Source: Minisyncoccota bacterium
Lineage (GTDB): Bacteria; Patescibacteriota; Minisyncoccia; Phycocordibacterales; GWA1-40-21
Assembly: GCA_041674925.1 (NCBI GenBank)
Contig: JBAYUW010000001.1
Span: 5,967-69,966, forward strand
Direction of reading: 5' to 3'
DNA: 64,000 bases
Shown here: piece after piece, positions 12,595 to 22,468 of the stretch
Position numbering within the stretch: position 1 is the first letter of the stretch
Layout of the letters: each line of letters opens with the position of its first letter
Translations under genes and position numbers: made by a program
The notes under the pieces: model-generated
The model's input: the letters and a program-made list of their open reading frames with translations, nothing else
Database searches by the model: none
What the model was told of the DNA's origin: nothing

Positions 12595-13566
12595 ATGGCT
12601 TTCATTGATGAAATAAAATTAAATATCAAGGCGGGGAACGGTGGTGACGGGGTGGTGCGTTGGCTTCATGAGCGAGGCAAGGAATTCTTGGGCCCCGCGG
12701 GCGGTAATGGTGGAAATGGTGGTGATGTGTATGCTAAAGCCGTGCGGGATATTGGCATTTTAAATAATTACAAGAATCTCAAGACAATTAGTGGTGAAAA
12801 CGGTTTTCCTGGTGAAAAGAAGAGCATGCATGGAAAAAATGGTCAGGATTTATTTATTGATTTTCCAATCGGTTCGGTTATTACTAATTTAGAGACTGAT
12901 GGAAAAGTGTATTTGAATACCGAAGGCGAGACAAAACTGTTAGCAAAAGGCGGTCGCGGTGGTTTAGGTAATGAATTTTTTAAATCTTCTACCAATCAAG
13001 CCCCCGAAAAATGTACTCCGGGAAAAGAAGGTGAGGGTTTTGATTTTTATATCGAAGTTGAACTCGTGGCCGACGCTGGGCTCATCGGTTTGCCCAATGC
13101 CGGCAAATCGAGCCTTATTAATGAATTGACAAATGCTAAATCAAAAGTCGGCGCCTATCAATTCACCACTTTGGAACCGGCCCTCGGTGACATGTATGGT
13201 TATATTCTTGCCGATTTACCCGGCCTGATTGAAGGGGCATCGGAAGGGAAAGGTTTGGGTCATAAATTTCTACGACACATCAAGCGTACTAAAATGCTTT
13301 TCCATTGCTTGTCACTCGAAAGTACCAAATTAATTACGGATTATAAAACTATTAGACAAGAGTTGAAAGCTTATAGTCCTGAATTGGCAGATAAAAAAGA
13401 AGTTTTGATTTTGACTAAGACTGACGTGCTTGATAAAAAAGAGTTAGAATCAGCTAAAAAGAAACTGGCCAAATATAATAAAAATATTTTAACGGTCTCG
13501 ATTTTAGATGACGCTTCACTGAAAAAATTGAAAGATGATCTCATAAAGATTTTGCGAGTTTCGTGA
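12595..13566 (+). CDS. obg: GTPase Obg
   Basis: FIDEIKLNIKAGNGGDGVVRW, Gly-rich Obg fold, G1 GLPNAGKSS, G3 DLPGLIEGA and G4 TKTD. Confidence 0.93.
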   Translation: MAFIDEIKLNIKAGNGGDGVVRWLHERGKEFLGPAGGNGGNGGDVYAKAVRDIGILNNYKNLKTISGENGFPGEKKSMHGKNGQDLFIDFPIGSVITNLETDGKVYLNTEGETKLLAKGGRGGLGNEFFKSSTNQAPEKCTPGKEGEGFDFYIEVELVADAGLIGLPNAGKSSLINELTNAKSKVGAYQFTTLEPALGDMYGYILADLPGLIEGASEGKGLGHKFLRHIKRTKMLFHCLSLESTKLITDYKTIRQELKAYSPELADKKEVLILTKTDVLDKKELESAKKKLAKYNKNILTVSILDDASLKKLKDDLIKILRVS

Positions 13567-13579
13567 TAATATTTAAGAT

Positions 13580-15001
13580 ATGGAAAACACTAAATACAAG
13601 GCCACAATTGGATTAGAGGTTCACGCTGAACTGAAAACAGACAGCAAAATGTTTTGCGGTTGTGCCAATAATCCTGATGAAGAAAAACCCAATGTAAATA
13701 TTTGTCCAGTTTGTACTGGTCAGCCGGGAACTTTGCCCGTCCTGAATAATCAAGCGATTAAAAATGTTTTAAAAGTAGGAGTGGCACTTGGTTCAAAAAT
13801 CGCTGATTTCACGGAATGGGATCGAAAGAATTATTTTTACCCCGATATTCCCAAAGGTTATCAAATCAGTCAGTATAAATATCCACTGGTGACTGGCGGA
13901 CAGCTGAATGGTGTAAACATCACTAGAATTCATTTGGAAGAAGATACAGCCAAATCTAGTCATGATCAGGGTGAATTTTCTCTGGTTGATTTTAATCGTG
14001 CTGGCGTGCCCCTCATGGAGCTCGTGACTGAACCAGAATTACATAGTGGAAAAGACACGGCTGATTTTGCCCGCGAATTGCAATTACTTTTGCAATATTT
14101 AGGTGTGGGTGAAGCAAATTTGGAAAAAGGCGAGATGAGAATTGAAGCCAATATTTCAATTAGTGATACTGATAAATTGGGGACAAAAGTGGAAGTTAAA
14201 AACTTGAACTCCTTCAAGGCGGTGGAAAAAGCCGTGACTTATGAAATCGAACGTCATATTCAGGTTTTGAGCGAGGGTGGAAAAATTGTTCAGGAGACGC
14301 GTGGTTGGGATGAAGATAAACAAAAAACTTTTTCGCAGAGATTAAAAGAAGATTCGCATGATTATCGCTATTTTCCAGATCCTGATTTGCCAAAAATGAA
14401 AATTTCCGAGATTCCTGAATTTTCTGTTGATAACCTTAAGAAAGAATTACCGGAATTACCTTGGGAAAAAAGAACTCGTTATGAAAAAGATTATGGTATC
14501 AAGCCAGAAGATGTGGAGATTTACGTTCGCCCTGGTATCATCAGCGCTTTTTTTGAAAAAGTATGTGCCGATTTTGCTGGTGACAAAAACTTAATCAAAC
14601 TCGCTTCCAACTACATTATTTCCGATCTTTTAGGTTTGATGTCCGGTGAAACTTCTCTTGGTGGCCTGACGGACAAAGCTTTTGCTGATTTAATCAAAAT
14701 GGTCGCAGAATCAAAAATTTCGTCTCGTGGTGCTAAAGACATTTTAAAAATTATGTTTGAGCAGGGTGGTGTGCCAGCGCAAATTGCTGAAGAAAAAGGC
14801 CTGCTTCAAAAAAGTGATGAAGGTGAATTGCTTAAAATGGCGGAAAAAATTGTTGCAGACAATCCGGTTCAGGTGGCGGATTATAAGGCGGGCAAGGCGA
14901 TGCTATTGCAGTATTTTGTCGGCCAGGCTATGAAAGTTTCTAAAGGCTCGGCTAATCCCAAGCTATTACAAGACATCTTTTTGAAGTTACTCTCTAAATA
15001 G
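13580..15001 (+). CDS. gatB: Asp-tRNA(Asn)/Glu-tRNA(Gln) amidotransferase subunit B
   Basis: IGLEVHAELKT.SKMFCGC, ICPVCTGQPGTLPVLN, NYFYPDIPKGYQISQ, IHLEEDTAKS, EVKNLNSF and a C-terminal YqeY-like domain. Confidence 0.95.
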   Translation: MENTKYKATIGLEVHAELKTDSKMFCGCANNPDEEKPNVNICPVCTGQPGTLPVLNNQAIKNVLKVGVALGSKIADFTEWDRKNYFYPDIPKGYQISQYKYPLVTGGQLNGVNITRIHLEEDTAKSSHDQGEFSLVDFNRAGVPLMELVTEPELHSGKDTADFARELQLLLQYLGVGEANLEKGEMRIEANISISDTDKLGTKVEVKNLNSFKAVEKAVTYEIERHIQVLSEGGKIVQETRGWDEDKQKTFSQRLKEDSHDYRYFPDPDLPKMKISEIPEFSVDNLKKELPELPWEKRTRYEKDYGIKPEDVEIYVRPGIISAFFEKVCADFAGDKNLIKLASNYIISDLLGLMSGETSLGGLTDKAFADLIKMVAESKISSRGAKDILKIMFEQGGVPAQIAEEKGLLQKSDEGELLKMAEKIVADNPVQVADYKAGKAMLLQYFVGQAMKVSKGSANPKLLQDIFLKLLSK

Positions 15002-15009
15002 GGTATAAT
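14981..15009 (+). promoter_or_regulatory. sigma70-type promoter giving a leaderless rpiB mRNA
   Basis: TTGAAG (14981-86), 17-nt spacer, TATAAT (15004-09), then 6 nt to ATG 15016. No SD is possible. Confidence 0.55.
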
Positions 15010-15015
15010 TAAAAC

Positions 15016-15522
15016 ATGAAGAAAGACTCGCTTGGGAAAATTTTTATTGGCGCTGATCATGCTGGTTTCAAGTTGAAAGAAAATTTGGTTATTTATTTAG
15101 AAAAGCTTGGCTATGAGGTGATCGATTGTGGGGCGCATCGTTATGATGAATTTGATGATTATCCAGATTTTGTTTTGCCGGTTGCGCAAGCAGTTTCTAG
15201 TCATCCAAATTCAGCTCGTGGAATTGTAATCGGTGGTTCCGGGCAGGGTGAGGCGATGGCGGCGAATCAATTTCCGAATGTGCGTGCGGCCTTGTTCTAT
15301 GGTAATAAAATTTTTGGCAGTACCGATATTATTAAATTATCCCGTCAGCACAATGATGCTAATATTTTATCTCTAGGTGCGCGATTTATCAGTTTAGGTG
15401 AAGCGAAAGATGCTGTGCGAGTTTGGCTCAAGACTCCTTTTTCTTCAGACTATAAATATATTCGTCGCATCAAAAAGATCGAGAAAATTTTACGGGAAAT
15501 TCGTTTAAATAAGAATTTTTAA
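15016..15522 (+). CDS. rpiB: ribose-5-phosphate isomerase B (RpiB/LacA/LacB family)
   Basis: IFIGADHAGFKLKE, GIVIGGSGQGEAMAANQFPNVRAAL, NILSLGARF. Confidence 0.88.
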   Translation: MKKDSLGKIFIGADHAGFKLKENLVIYLEKLGYEVIDCGAHRYDEFDDYPDFVLPVAQAVSSHPNSARGIVIGGSGQGEAMAANQFPNVRAALFYGNKIFGSTDIIKLSRQHNDANILSLGARFISLGEAKDAVRVWLKTPFSSDYKYIRRIKKIEKILREIRLNKNF

Positions 15523-15525
15523 ATT

Positions 15526-16254
15526 ATGATTGAAATTACTCCAGCAATCCTAGAGGAAAGTATTGAAGAAATCCGAGGCAAGATGGCTTTGGTGTCAGGT
15601 CTCGCACCTTTAGTGCAAATCGATATTTGTGATGGGAAATTTGTTACGAGAAAAACTTGGCCGTATGTCCGTGGTGGAATGGATGAATTTGCCAGAATTT
15701 CCGCTGAAGACGAAGGCTTTCCGTTTTGGGATTCGTTGGATTTTGAGGTGGATATGATGGTTCGTCAGCCAGAAGAGATGGTCCATGATTGGATTAAGGC
15801 TGGTGCTAAAAGTGTTATCCTTCATCTTGGTTCGAGTCCGGATATTTTAGGCTTGATTGAAAAATTGCGAGAAGAATATGGCACGGCCAAGGAAGAAGCT
15901 TTTGGTCTGAGAATTGGCGTGGCGTTAAGTACTGATACCGATAACGAAGAAGTCTTTGAGATTCTGGATATGATTGATGAAGATGGTGACTCGATTATTG
16001 ATTTTGTGCAGTTTATGGGGATTGATCAGATTGGTTTTCAAGGTCAAGAATTTAATGAGAGTGTCTTAGAAAAAATTAGCGACCTACGTGGTATGTATCC
16101 AAATATCGAGATCGCTGTCGATGGTGGAGTAAATTTTGATAATGCAGCTGATTTGATCAGCGCTGGGGCGACCCGTCTAGTTTCCGGTTCAGCGATTTTT
16201 GAAAGTGGTGATGTAGCTAAAGCTCTGGATGATTTAAAAAACGCCGGGGAATAA
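15526..16254 (+). CDS. rpe: ribulose-phosphate 3-epimerase family protein (divergent)
   Basis: ITPAILEES...VQIDICDGKFV..., DFEVDMMV, VDGGVN and LVSGSAIF follow the Rpe TIM-barrel order. The usual His ligands are replaced by Q/D and there is an insertion after strand 2. Confidence 0.6.
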   Translation: MIEITPAILEESIEEIRGKMALVSGLAPLVQIDICDGKFVTRKTWPYVRGGMDEFARISAEDEGFPFWDSLDFEVDMMVRQPEEMVHDWIKAGAKSVILHLGSSPDILGLIEKLREEYGTAKEEAFGLRIGVALSTDTDNEEVFEILDMIDEDGDSIIDFVQFMGIDQIGFQGQEFNESVLEKISDLRGMYPNIEIAVDGGVNFDNAADLISAGATRLVSGSAIFESGDVAKALDDLKNAGE

Positions 16255-16271
16255 TATGTTAGAATAGAAGA

Positions 16272-17138
16272 ATGAAAAAACTTAGAGAATATATTTTGGA
16301 GGCGGAAAAAAATGGTACAGCGATCGGGCACTTTAATATTTCTAATCTTGAGGCCTTGAAAGGAATTTTCCAAGCGGCGAAAAATTTGAATGTGCCGGTC
16401 ATTATCGGTACGGCCGAAGGCGAGCGCAATTTTATTGGCACCAGACAAGCAGTTGCTCTGGTCAAAAGCCTGCGTGAGGAACACGATTTCCCAATTTTCT
16501 TGAATGCGGATCACACTTATTCTTTTGAAAAAGTGAAAGAAGCCGTGGACGCTGGCTATGATGCGGTTATCTTTGATGCGACGAATTTATCTTTTGAAGA
16601 AAATATTAAAATTACTAAGCAGTGTGTCGAATATGCCAAGAGTGTAAATCCCGACATTGTGGTGGAATCCGAACTTGGTTTTATCGGCAGTTCTTCAAAG
16701 GTTTTAGATGGCATTCCAGAGGGAGTAAAAATCACAGAAGAATTCCTAACTAAACCAGAAGAAGCGAAAAAGTTTGTCGAGGAAACTGGTGTAGATATGA
16801 TCGCTCCCGCGGTTGGAAATATTCACGGCATGCTCAAGGGTGGCAAGGACCCAGCCTTAAATATCGCTAGAATTTCAGAAATTAAGAAAGTCGTAGGAAT
16901 TCCGATGGTTTTACACGGCGCCTCTGGTAATTCACCAGAAGATATTCGTGAAGCCATCAAAGCCGGTATGTCCATAGTCCATATTAATACTGAAATTCGC
17001 GTGGCTTACAAGAGTGCTTTAAAATTATCACTTCAAAATAATCCCGAAGAAGTCGCCCCTTATAAATATCTGAAAGAGCCAGTTTTGGCTGTGCAGAATG
17101 TAGTCGAAGATAAGCTAAAGTTGTTCAACAATCTTTAA
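16272..17138 (+). CDS. fba: class II fructose-bisphosphate aldolase
   Basis: AIGHFNISNLE, FLNADHTYSFE, VIFDAT, ESELGFIGS, APAVGNIHG and VLHGASG. TAGAAT (16260-65) lies 6 nt before the ATG, so the mRNA is leaderless. Confidence 0.92.
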   Translation: MKKLREYILEAEKNGTAIGHFNISNLEALKGIFQAAKNLNVPVIIGTAEGERNFIGTRQAVALVKSLREEHDFPIFLNADHTYSFEKVKEAVDAGYDAVIFDATNLSFEENIKITKQCVEYAKSVNPDIVVESELGFIGSSSKVLDGIPEGVKITEEFLTKPEEAKKFVEETGVDMIAPAVGNIHGMLKGGKDPALNIARISEIKKVVGIPMVLHGASGNSPEDIREAIKAGMSIVHINTEIRVAYKSALKLSLQNNPEEVAPYKYLKEPVLAVQNVVEDKLKLFNNL

Positions 17139-17184
17139 TCCCTTTGGGCTTGCGCCGTTTGATTTTTTGTGTATAATTGTCTGC

Positions 17185-17871
17185 ATGCTTAAATTAAAGG
17201 TAGAAAAACGAGATTTAAAAGAAAGTCTAGATAGCTTGCGATCGGCATTCAAATTGCCAGCGGTTTATTATGGAAAAAAAGAGGCTTCGACCCCAATCAA
17301 GCTTAATTTAATAGATTTTAAAAGAGCTCTGAAGACAGCGGGTGAGTCAACCATTATCTCTCTTGATGGTGCCGGTATCGACGTGGATGTTTTGATTCAT
17401 GATGTGGATTTGGATCCAGTTACTGATGTGCCGATCCATGTAGATTTTTATGCGATTGAAAAAGATAAAAAATTGTCTGTTGGTGTACCACTCGAATTCG
17501 TCGGTGTTTCTCCGGCTGTCAAAGATTTAGGCGCGGTCTTGGTCAAGGTGGCCCATGAAATTGAAATCGAAGCTTTGCCAAAAGATTTACCAGGTAAATT
17601 AGAAGCTGATATTTCTGCCCTAGTGAATTTTGATAGCGTCATTACCGCTGCTGATATTAAATTACCGAGTGGCGTCTCTTTGAAGGGTAAACCAGAAGAA
17701 GTTATTGCTTCTGTTTATGAACCAAAAGAAGAAGTCATTGAAACGGCTCCAGTAGATTTGTCTTCAATTGAAGTTGAAAAGAAGGGTAAGGAAACTAAAG
17801 AAGGCGCCGAAGGTGAAGCCGCTCCTGCGACTGAGACCAAGGAAAAAGAAGAGAAGAAAGATAAAAAATAG
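17185..17871 (+). CDS. rplY: 50S ribosomal protein L25/general stress protein Ctc
   Basis: LRSAFKLPAVYYGK, IHDVDLDPVTDVPIHVDFY, a long Ctc-type C-terminal domain and an acidic/K-rich tail. TATAAT (17172-77) lies 7 nt before ATG 17185. Confidence 0.88.
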   Translation: MLKLKVEKRDLKESLDSLRSAFKLPAVYYGKKEASTPIKLNLIDFKRALKTAGESTIISLDGAGIDVDVLIHDVDLDPVTDVPIHVDFYAIEKDKKLSVGVPLEFVGVSPAVKDLGAVLVKVAHEIEIEALPKDLPGKLEADISALVNFDSVITAADIKLPSGVSLKGKPEEVIASVYEPKEEVIETAPVDLSSIEVEKKGKETKEGAEGEAAPATETKEKEEKKDKK

Positions 17872-17893
17872 GATATATGATAAAATAACAGGG

Positions 17894-19249
17894 ATGAAAA
17901 AGATAATCACCCTGTTTTTTATTTGTTTGTTTTTGTTGATTGGATTGAATATTTCAGCTCAGGCTCTTTCGCCGGCCGAGCGGGCTCGTCTGCAAACCGA
18001 ATATGATCAACTCCAGAAAGAAATCGCCGAGTGGCAGAAGGTCTTGGATGAAACCAAGGCGAAAAAGAACACCCTGCAAGGCGATGTGACGGCTTTGAAT
18101 GCTCAGATTGCCAAAGCGGAGAAGGAAATCAAACAAAGAAACATTACCGTTACAACTCTGACAGCTGAGATCAATAAAAAAGTAGCAAACATCAGCTCGC
18201 TCGAAGCTAGAATTGAGAACAATAAAGATTTGCTGGCCAATCTCTTAAAAAAGAAATATCAAAATGATGTGGAGCCGATTTACTATCTTCTCTTATCGGC
18301 CGAAGATCTTTCTGATTTAATTGTAGATATGGATTCGATTAGTGTAGTCAATAGCGGTTTGCAGGATTTATTTGCTGAACTACGTTCGACAAAAACTGAA
18401 ACCCAAAAAGAGAAAGAAGATTTAGATATTAAAAAGAATAAAGAACTAGATGCTAGATACGAAGTCGAACAAAAGAAAAAAGTGATTGCCCAAAGCGAAG
18501 CCGAAAAGAAACAGCTTTTGACTTTAACGACCAAGGTGGAGTCAAATTATCAGCAAGTTTTATCTGATCGTCAGCGTCGGGCGGAGGTGATCAGAAGTGC
18601 TTTGTTTGATTTGCGTGATGCCGGAGGAATTTCTTTTGCTAAGGCTTTGGAATATGCTACTTATGCTTCAGAAAAAACTGGTGTGCGGGCGGCGATGATC
18701 TTGGCAATCTTATCTCAAGAATCTGATCTCGGCAAAAATATTGGTTCATGTTATGTCTCGGATTTGGCGACCGGAAATGGCGTGGGTAAAAATACCGGGA
18801 CTCCATTCCAGCAGGTGATGAAAGCTCCACGCGATACTGTGCCGTTTGGTGAAATCACCAAAGCTCTCGGTTTGACCTGGTCGGTCACACCCGTCTCTTG
18901 TCCTCTTGGTGCAACTTATTATGTTGGTCGTGGTTTCGGTGGAGCGATGGGGCCATCACAATTCATTCCTTCAACTTGGAAATTGTTTGAAAATCGTTTG
19001 AAAACAGCCTTAGGCGTTTCGATGCCAAACCCTTGGGATCCGAAACACGCGGTGATGGCCACAGCCATGTATATGGCCGATTTGGGAGCTAGTACCCAGA
19101 CTTACACCGGTGAAAGAAACGCCGCTTGTCGCTATTATTCTGGTCGGGCTTGCGATGCTCAAAAACCTTACAACACTTCTTATGGTAATTCGGTGATTGC
19201 CAAGGCCGAAAAATTCCAAACTGATATTGATTTTTTGAAGGAGATTTAG
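17894..19249 (+). CDS. secreted coiled-coil protein with C-terminal lytic murein transglycosylase (SLT_2/MltB-like) domain
   Basis: Signal peptide MKKIITLFFICLFLLIGLNISAQA, about 230 aa of heptad-rich coiled coil, then ILSQESDLG (catalytic Glu motif) and GGAMGPSQFIPSTW. Confidence 0.75.
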   Translation: MKKIITLFFICLFLLIGLNISAQALSPAERARLQTEYDQLQKEIAEWQKVLDETKAKKNTLQGDVTALNAQIAKAEKEIKQRNITVTTLTAEINKKVANISSLEARIENNKDLLANLLKKKYQNDVEPIYYLLLSAEDLSDLIVDMDSISVVNSGLQDLFAELRSTKTETQKEKEDLDIKKNKELDARYEVEQKKKVIAQSEAEKKQLLTLTTKVESNYQQVLSDRQRRAEVIRSALFDLRDAGGISFAKALEYATYASEKTGVRAAMILAILSQESDLGKNIGSCYVSDLATGNGVGKNTGTPFQQVMKAPRDTVPFGEITKALGLTWSVTPVSCPLGATYYVGRGFGGAMGPSQFIPSTWKLFENRLKTALGVSMPNPWDPKHAVMATAMYMADLGASTQTYTGERNAACRYYSGRACDAQKPYNTSYGNSVIAKAEKFQTDIDFLKEI

Positions 19250-19299
19250 AATTATAAGGGCTTGCTTTTGGGGTCGAAACCTGCTAGAATCTTAAAACT

Positions 19300-19521
19300 A
19301 TGAAAAAAGAGATACATCCAACATATTTTGCCAAAGCGGAGACTGTTTGTGCTTGCGGTGCGAAATATACTATTGGTTCAACCAAGGAAAAGACCGAGGT
19401 GGAAATTTGTGCTACTTGCCATCCCTTTTATACTGGTAATGATAAAGTCCTAGATACTGCCGGTCGAGTGGAGAAATTCAAAGCCCGCCGAGAAGCTGGA
19501 GCCAAGAAGAAATCCAAATAG
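19300..19521 (+). CDS. rpmE: 50S ribosomal protein L31
   Basis: MKKEIHPTY...C.CG.......[12 protein letters not shown]...DTAGRVEKF. Confidence 0.95.
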   Translation: MKKEIHPTYFAKAETVCACGAKYTIGSTKEKTEVEICATCHPFYTGNDKVLDTAGRVEKFKARREAGAKKKSK

Positions 19522-20505
19522 ATGCTAATTGACGATTTTAAAAATAACAAAAAAACCAGCTATTTAGCTGAGGAATTTTTGCGTCTGGAAAAAGAGGAAA
19601 ATTCTGTGATTGAAATGTCGGCACAAGATCCGGCCATGGCCGAAATGGCCAAAGAAGAATTGGCTAGTTTAACTTCGCAAAAAGAAGTCATCTGGAAACA
19701 AATGGAAGAAATTCTGACGGAAGAGAAGAAGGAAGAAGAATTTCCCAACGAAGCAATTTTGGAAGTACGAGCCGGTGTCGGCGGTGATGAGGCGGCTTTA
19801 TTTGCCGAGGTCTTGGCGAAAATGTATGCCGGTTACGCTGGAATTAAAGGCTGGAGTTTTTCCCCGGTGGATGAATCTCGCAGCGATTTAGGTGGTTATA
19901 AAGAAGCCTCTTTTGAAATCAAAGGCCTAGGAGTTTATAAAGAATTAAGATATGAGACCGGAGTGCATCGTATTCAGCGTATTCCTGAAACTGAGAAAAA
20001 TGGTCGGGTCCACACTTCAACTGCCTCGATTGCAATTCTACCGATTCGCAAGAAAAGTAATATTGAAATCAAGCCAGCAGATTTGATGATCGAAACTTCT
20101 CGCGCTGGTGGTAAGGGTGGGCAAAATGTGAACAAAGTGGAGACAGCCGTGCGCATTGTCCATAAACCCAGCGGTTTAGAGGTGCGTTGTACCGCGGAAC
20201 GCAGCCAGTCGCGCAACAAAGAGAAAGCGATGGCGATTCTCTTGGCTAAATTAGAGCAACAGAAAGCAGAAAGTGATGCTATTCAGTTTGCTAAAGAAAG
20301 AAAGGATCAAATTGGTACCGCTGATCGTTCGGAAAAAATTCGCACCTACAATATTTTGCAGGATCGAGTGACGGATCACCGAGTCAAAAACTCTTGGTAT
20401 AATATTGAGAAAATTTTACAAGGTGAAGGGATGGTCGAGGTGATTTCTTATGTCGGTGAGAATATTGGTAAACCAATAGATGGTAAAACCGACGAGGAAG
20501 ACTAA
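19522..20505 (+). CDS. prfA: peptide chain release factor 1
   Basis: RAGVGGDEAALFA, an RF1-type PxT tripeptide context (RIQRIPETEKNGRVHTS) and the GGQ motif SRAGGKGGQNVNKVETAVR. Confidence 0.9.
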   Translation: MLIDDFKNNKKTSYLAEEFLRLEKEENSVIEMSAQDPAMAEMAKEELASLTSQKEVIWKQMEEILTEEKKEEEFPNEAILEVRAGVGGDEAALFAEVLAKMYAGYAGIKGWSFSPVDESRSDLGGYKEASFEIKGLGVYKELRYETGVHRIQRIPETEKNGRVHTSTASIAILPIRKKSNIEIKPADLMIETSRAGGKGGQNVNKVETAVRIVHKPSGLEVRCTAERSQSRNKEKAMAILLAKLEQQKAESDAIQFAKERKDQIGTADRSEKIRTYNILQDRVTDHRVKNSWYNIEKILQGEGMVEVISYVGENIGKPIDGKTDEED

Positions 20506-20557
20506 ATCGGCCTACCAGTTGCATTTTTGGACTTAATTTGATAAGCTAGTCGAACAT

Positions 20558-21265
20558 ATGGAAGAAATTAAAAAGGTAAATAATGCTCGAATTGATGAAA
20601 TGTTTAAGGCAGGTGCTCATTTTGGTTACTCTAAAACCAGACGACATCCTAGCGTTTCTCAATACATTTTTGGGGTCAAGAATAAAGTGGAGATTGTCAA
20701 TCTAGAAAAGACTGATGAGCTCTTGGAACAAGCGCTTAATTTTGTTGCTGGTTTAGCCAAAGAGGGCAAGCAGGTCTTGTTTGTCGGTGGCAAAAACGAA
20801 GCTCGAGGTTCTTTGAAAATGGCCGCGGAATCCGCCGGCATGCCTTTTGTGGATGGACGCTGGATCGGAGGAACTTTGACCAACTTTTCTGAAATCAAGA
20901 AGCGTTTAGCCAAATTAGATGATTTAACTAAACAAAAAGAAAGAGGGGAATTGTCAAAATATACCAAGAAAGAAAGATTGATGATTGATCGTGAGATTGC
21001 TAATCTTGATCGATTTTTCTCTGGTATTTCTTCTTTGAAAGATTTACCAAAAGCTTTGATTGTGATCGATTCCAAGAAAGAAATAATTGCCGTCACTGAA
21101 GCGCAAAAAATGAATATTCCTGTCTTAGCTTTGTGTGGTACTGATTGTGATATTAGTGATATCGATTATCCAATCGTCGCCAATGATTCAGCTGTCTCGA
21201 GTATTACCTTCTTTGCAAATGAGATTGCCAAGGCGTATAATAAAGCGAAAGTCTTAAAAGCTTAA
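20558..21265 (+). CDS. rpsB: 30S ribosomal protein S2
   Basis: MFKAGAHFGYSKTRRHP, IFGVKN.V.I.NLEKT, LFVGGK, WIGGTLTNF. Confidence 0.95.
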   Translation: MEEIKKVNNARIDEMFKAGAHFGYSKTRRHPSVSQYIFGVKNKVEIVNLEKTDELLEQALNFVAGLAKEGKQVLFVGGKNEARGSLKMAAESAGMPFVDGRWIGGTLTNFSEIKKRLAKLDDLTKQKERGELSKYTKKERLMIDREIANLDRFFSGISSLKDLPKALIVIDSKKEIIAVTEAQKMNIPVLALCGTDCDISDIDYPIVANDSAVSSITFFANEIAKAYNKAKVLKA

Positions 21266-21267
21266 TT

Positions 21268-21858
21268 ATGGTCATTACCACCGAACAAATAAAAGAGTTA
21301 CGTGATACTACTGGTCTGTCGATTATGCAATGCAAGAAAGCTCTTGAAGAAACCGCCGGCGATATGGGCAAGGCAATAATTTTGCTACAGAAAAAAGGGG
21401 CAGGGATTGCGGCCAAGAAAGCCGATCGAAATCTGGGGGCGGGTAAAGTCGCTGCCTACGTCCACTCTACTGGTAATATTGCCAGCTTGGTGGAATTGCT
21501 CTGTGAGACCGATTTCGTCGCTAAAAACGAAGAATTTGGCGCTTTAGCCTATAATATCGCGATGCAAATTGCTGCAACTAATCCGCAATATCTGAAAATG
21601 GCTGATATTCCTGCCGAGGCTCGAGCTCAGGCCGAAGAAGTTTTTGCTAAAGAAGTAGAAGGTAAACCGGCCGATATGAAAGCCAAGATTTTGGAAGGCA
21701 AGATCAATGCGTATTTTAAAGATAAAGTATTACTCGAACAAGAATATATCAAAAATCCTGAGGTTACCATCAACGGTCTAATCGAGAGTTTCATTCAAAA
21801 ATTTGGTGAACGCACTGAAATCGGTCGCTTCATCAGAATCGGTGTCGGTCAAAAATAA
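21268..21858 (+). CDS. tsf: translation elongation factor Ts (short form)
   Basis: N-terminal UBA-like IKELRDTTGLSIMQCKKALEETAGDMGKAI, then VELLCETDFVAKNEEF. Confidence 0.9.
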   Translation: MVITTEQIKELRDTTGLSIMQCKKALEETAGDMGKAIILLQKKGAGIAAKKADRNLGAGKVAAYVHSTGNIASLVELLCETDFVAKNEEFGALAYNIAMQIAATNPQYLKMADIPAEARAQAEEVFAKEVEGKPADMKAKILEGKINAYFKDKVLLEQEYIKNPEVTINGLIESFIQKFGERTEIGRFIRIGVGQK

Positions 21859-21861
21859 TCT

Positions 21862-22239
21862 ATGACTACTTTTGTAGTATTTATTGTCGCCTTAATATTG
21901 CTCATTGCTTTAGTAACCCTAAAAGGTCTTGAGCTCTCTTCTGGCAGGGTTTTTATCTTGACTAATCTTTTTTTGAAATGCGATAGTTGGTTTTTGAAAG
22001 TTTGGTCAAATCTCGTCTCAGGGTTTAAAAAAATTAATTGGTCAAATACCTGTTTGATTTTTCAAAGAATTTTCGTTAGTATCAGGAGGTTGATCGTCAG
22101 TATTAAAAGACGCTTCGATCACAAGCAGTCACACTTTTTCATCAAGCGAGATCATTCTTCATCCAAAAAAGGCGCCGTCTCATTTTTCCTAAAGGATGTT
22201 GCGGAGTATAAGAAGCAGTTAAGAGATGGGGGAAAATAA
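21862..22239 (+). CDS. hypothetical membrane-anchored basic protein
   Basis: An N-terminal TM helix FVVFIVALILLIALVTL. The rest is K/R-rich with no known motif. Confidence 0.4.
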   Translation: MTTFVVFIVALILLIALVTLKGLELSSGRVFILTNLFLKCDSWFLKVWSNLVSGFKKINWSNTCLIFQRIFVSIRRLIVSIKRRFDHKQSHFFIKRDHSSSKKGAVSFFLKDVAEYKKQLRDGGK

Positions 22240-22253
22240 GGAAACTAATAATT

Positions 22254-22280
22254 AAAAAATCGCCAATAAGCGATTTTTTT
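22254..22280. terminator. short hairpin + T-run between ORF 21862-22239 and tRNA-Thr
   Basis: aaaaaATCGCcaataaGCGATttttttt. Confidence 0.45.
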
Positions 22281-22284
22281 GATG

Positions 22285-22357
22285 AGCCACCTCCCAGATT
22301 TGAACTGGGGGCATCCACTTTACAAAAGTGGCGCTCTACCAACTGAGCTAAGGTGGC
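22285..22357 (-). tRNA. tRNA-Thr(UGU)
   Basis: The reverse complement GCCACCTTAGCTCAGTTGGTAGAGCGCCACTTTTGTAAAGTGGATGCCCCCAGTTCAAATCTGGGAGGTGGCT folds as a cloverleaf. Anticodon loop UUUGUAA. CCA is not encoded. Confidence 0.92.
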
Positions 22358-22468
22358 TTAATTTTCCTGACCTAGAGATTATACACAATTTTATAAATAA
22401 ATCTAGCAATAACTCCAGACACTTTGTGTAGCATTCGCAGGCTTACTTGTGGTATAATATTTTTTATT

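Noticed and set aside
16044-16514. 156-aa minus-strand ORF spanning the rpe-fba junction
   Set aside because: It is antisense to two strongly recognised plus-strand genes. It crosses their intergenic promoter and has low-complexity, motif-free sequence.
20659-21096. 145-aa minus-strand ORF
   Set aside because: It lies entirely antisense within rpsB.
22142-22342. 66-aa minus-strand ORF
   Set aside because: It overlaps tRNA-Thr and the 3' end of the plus-strand ORF, and has no signals.
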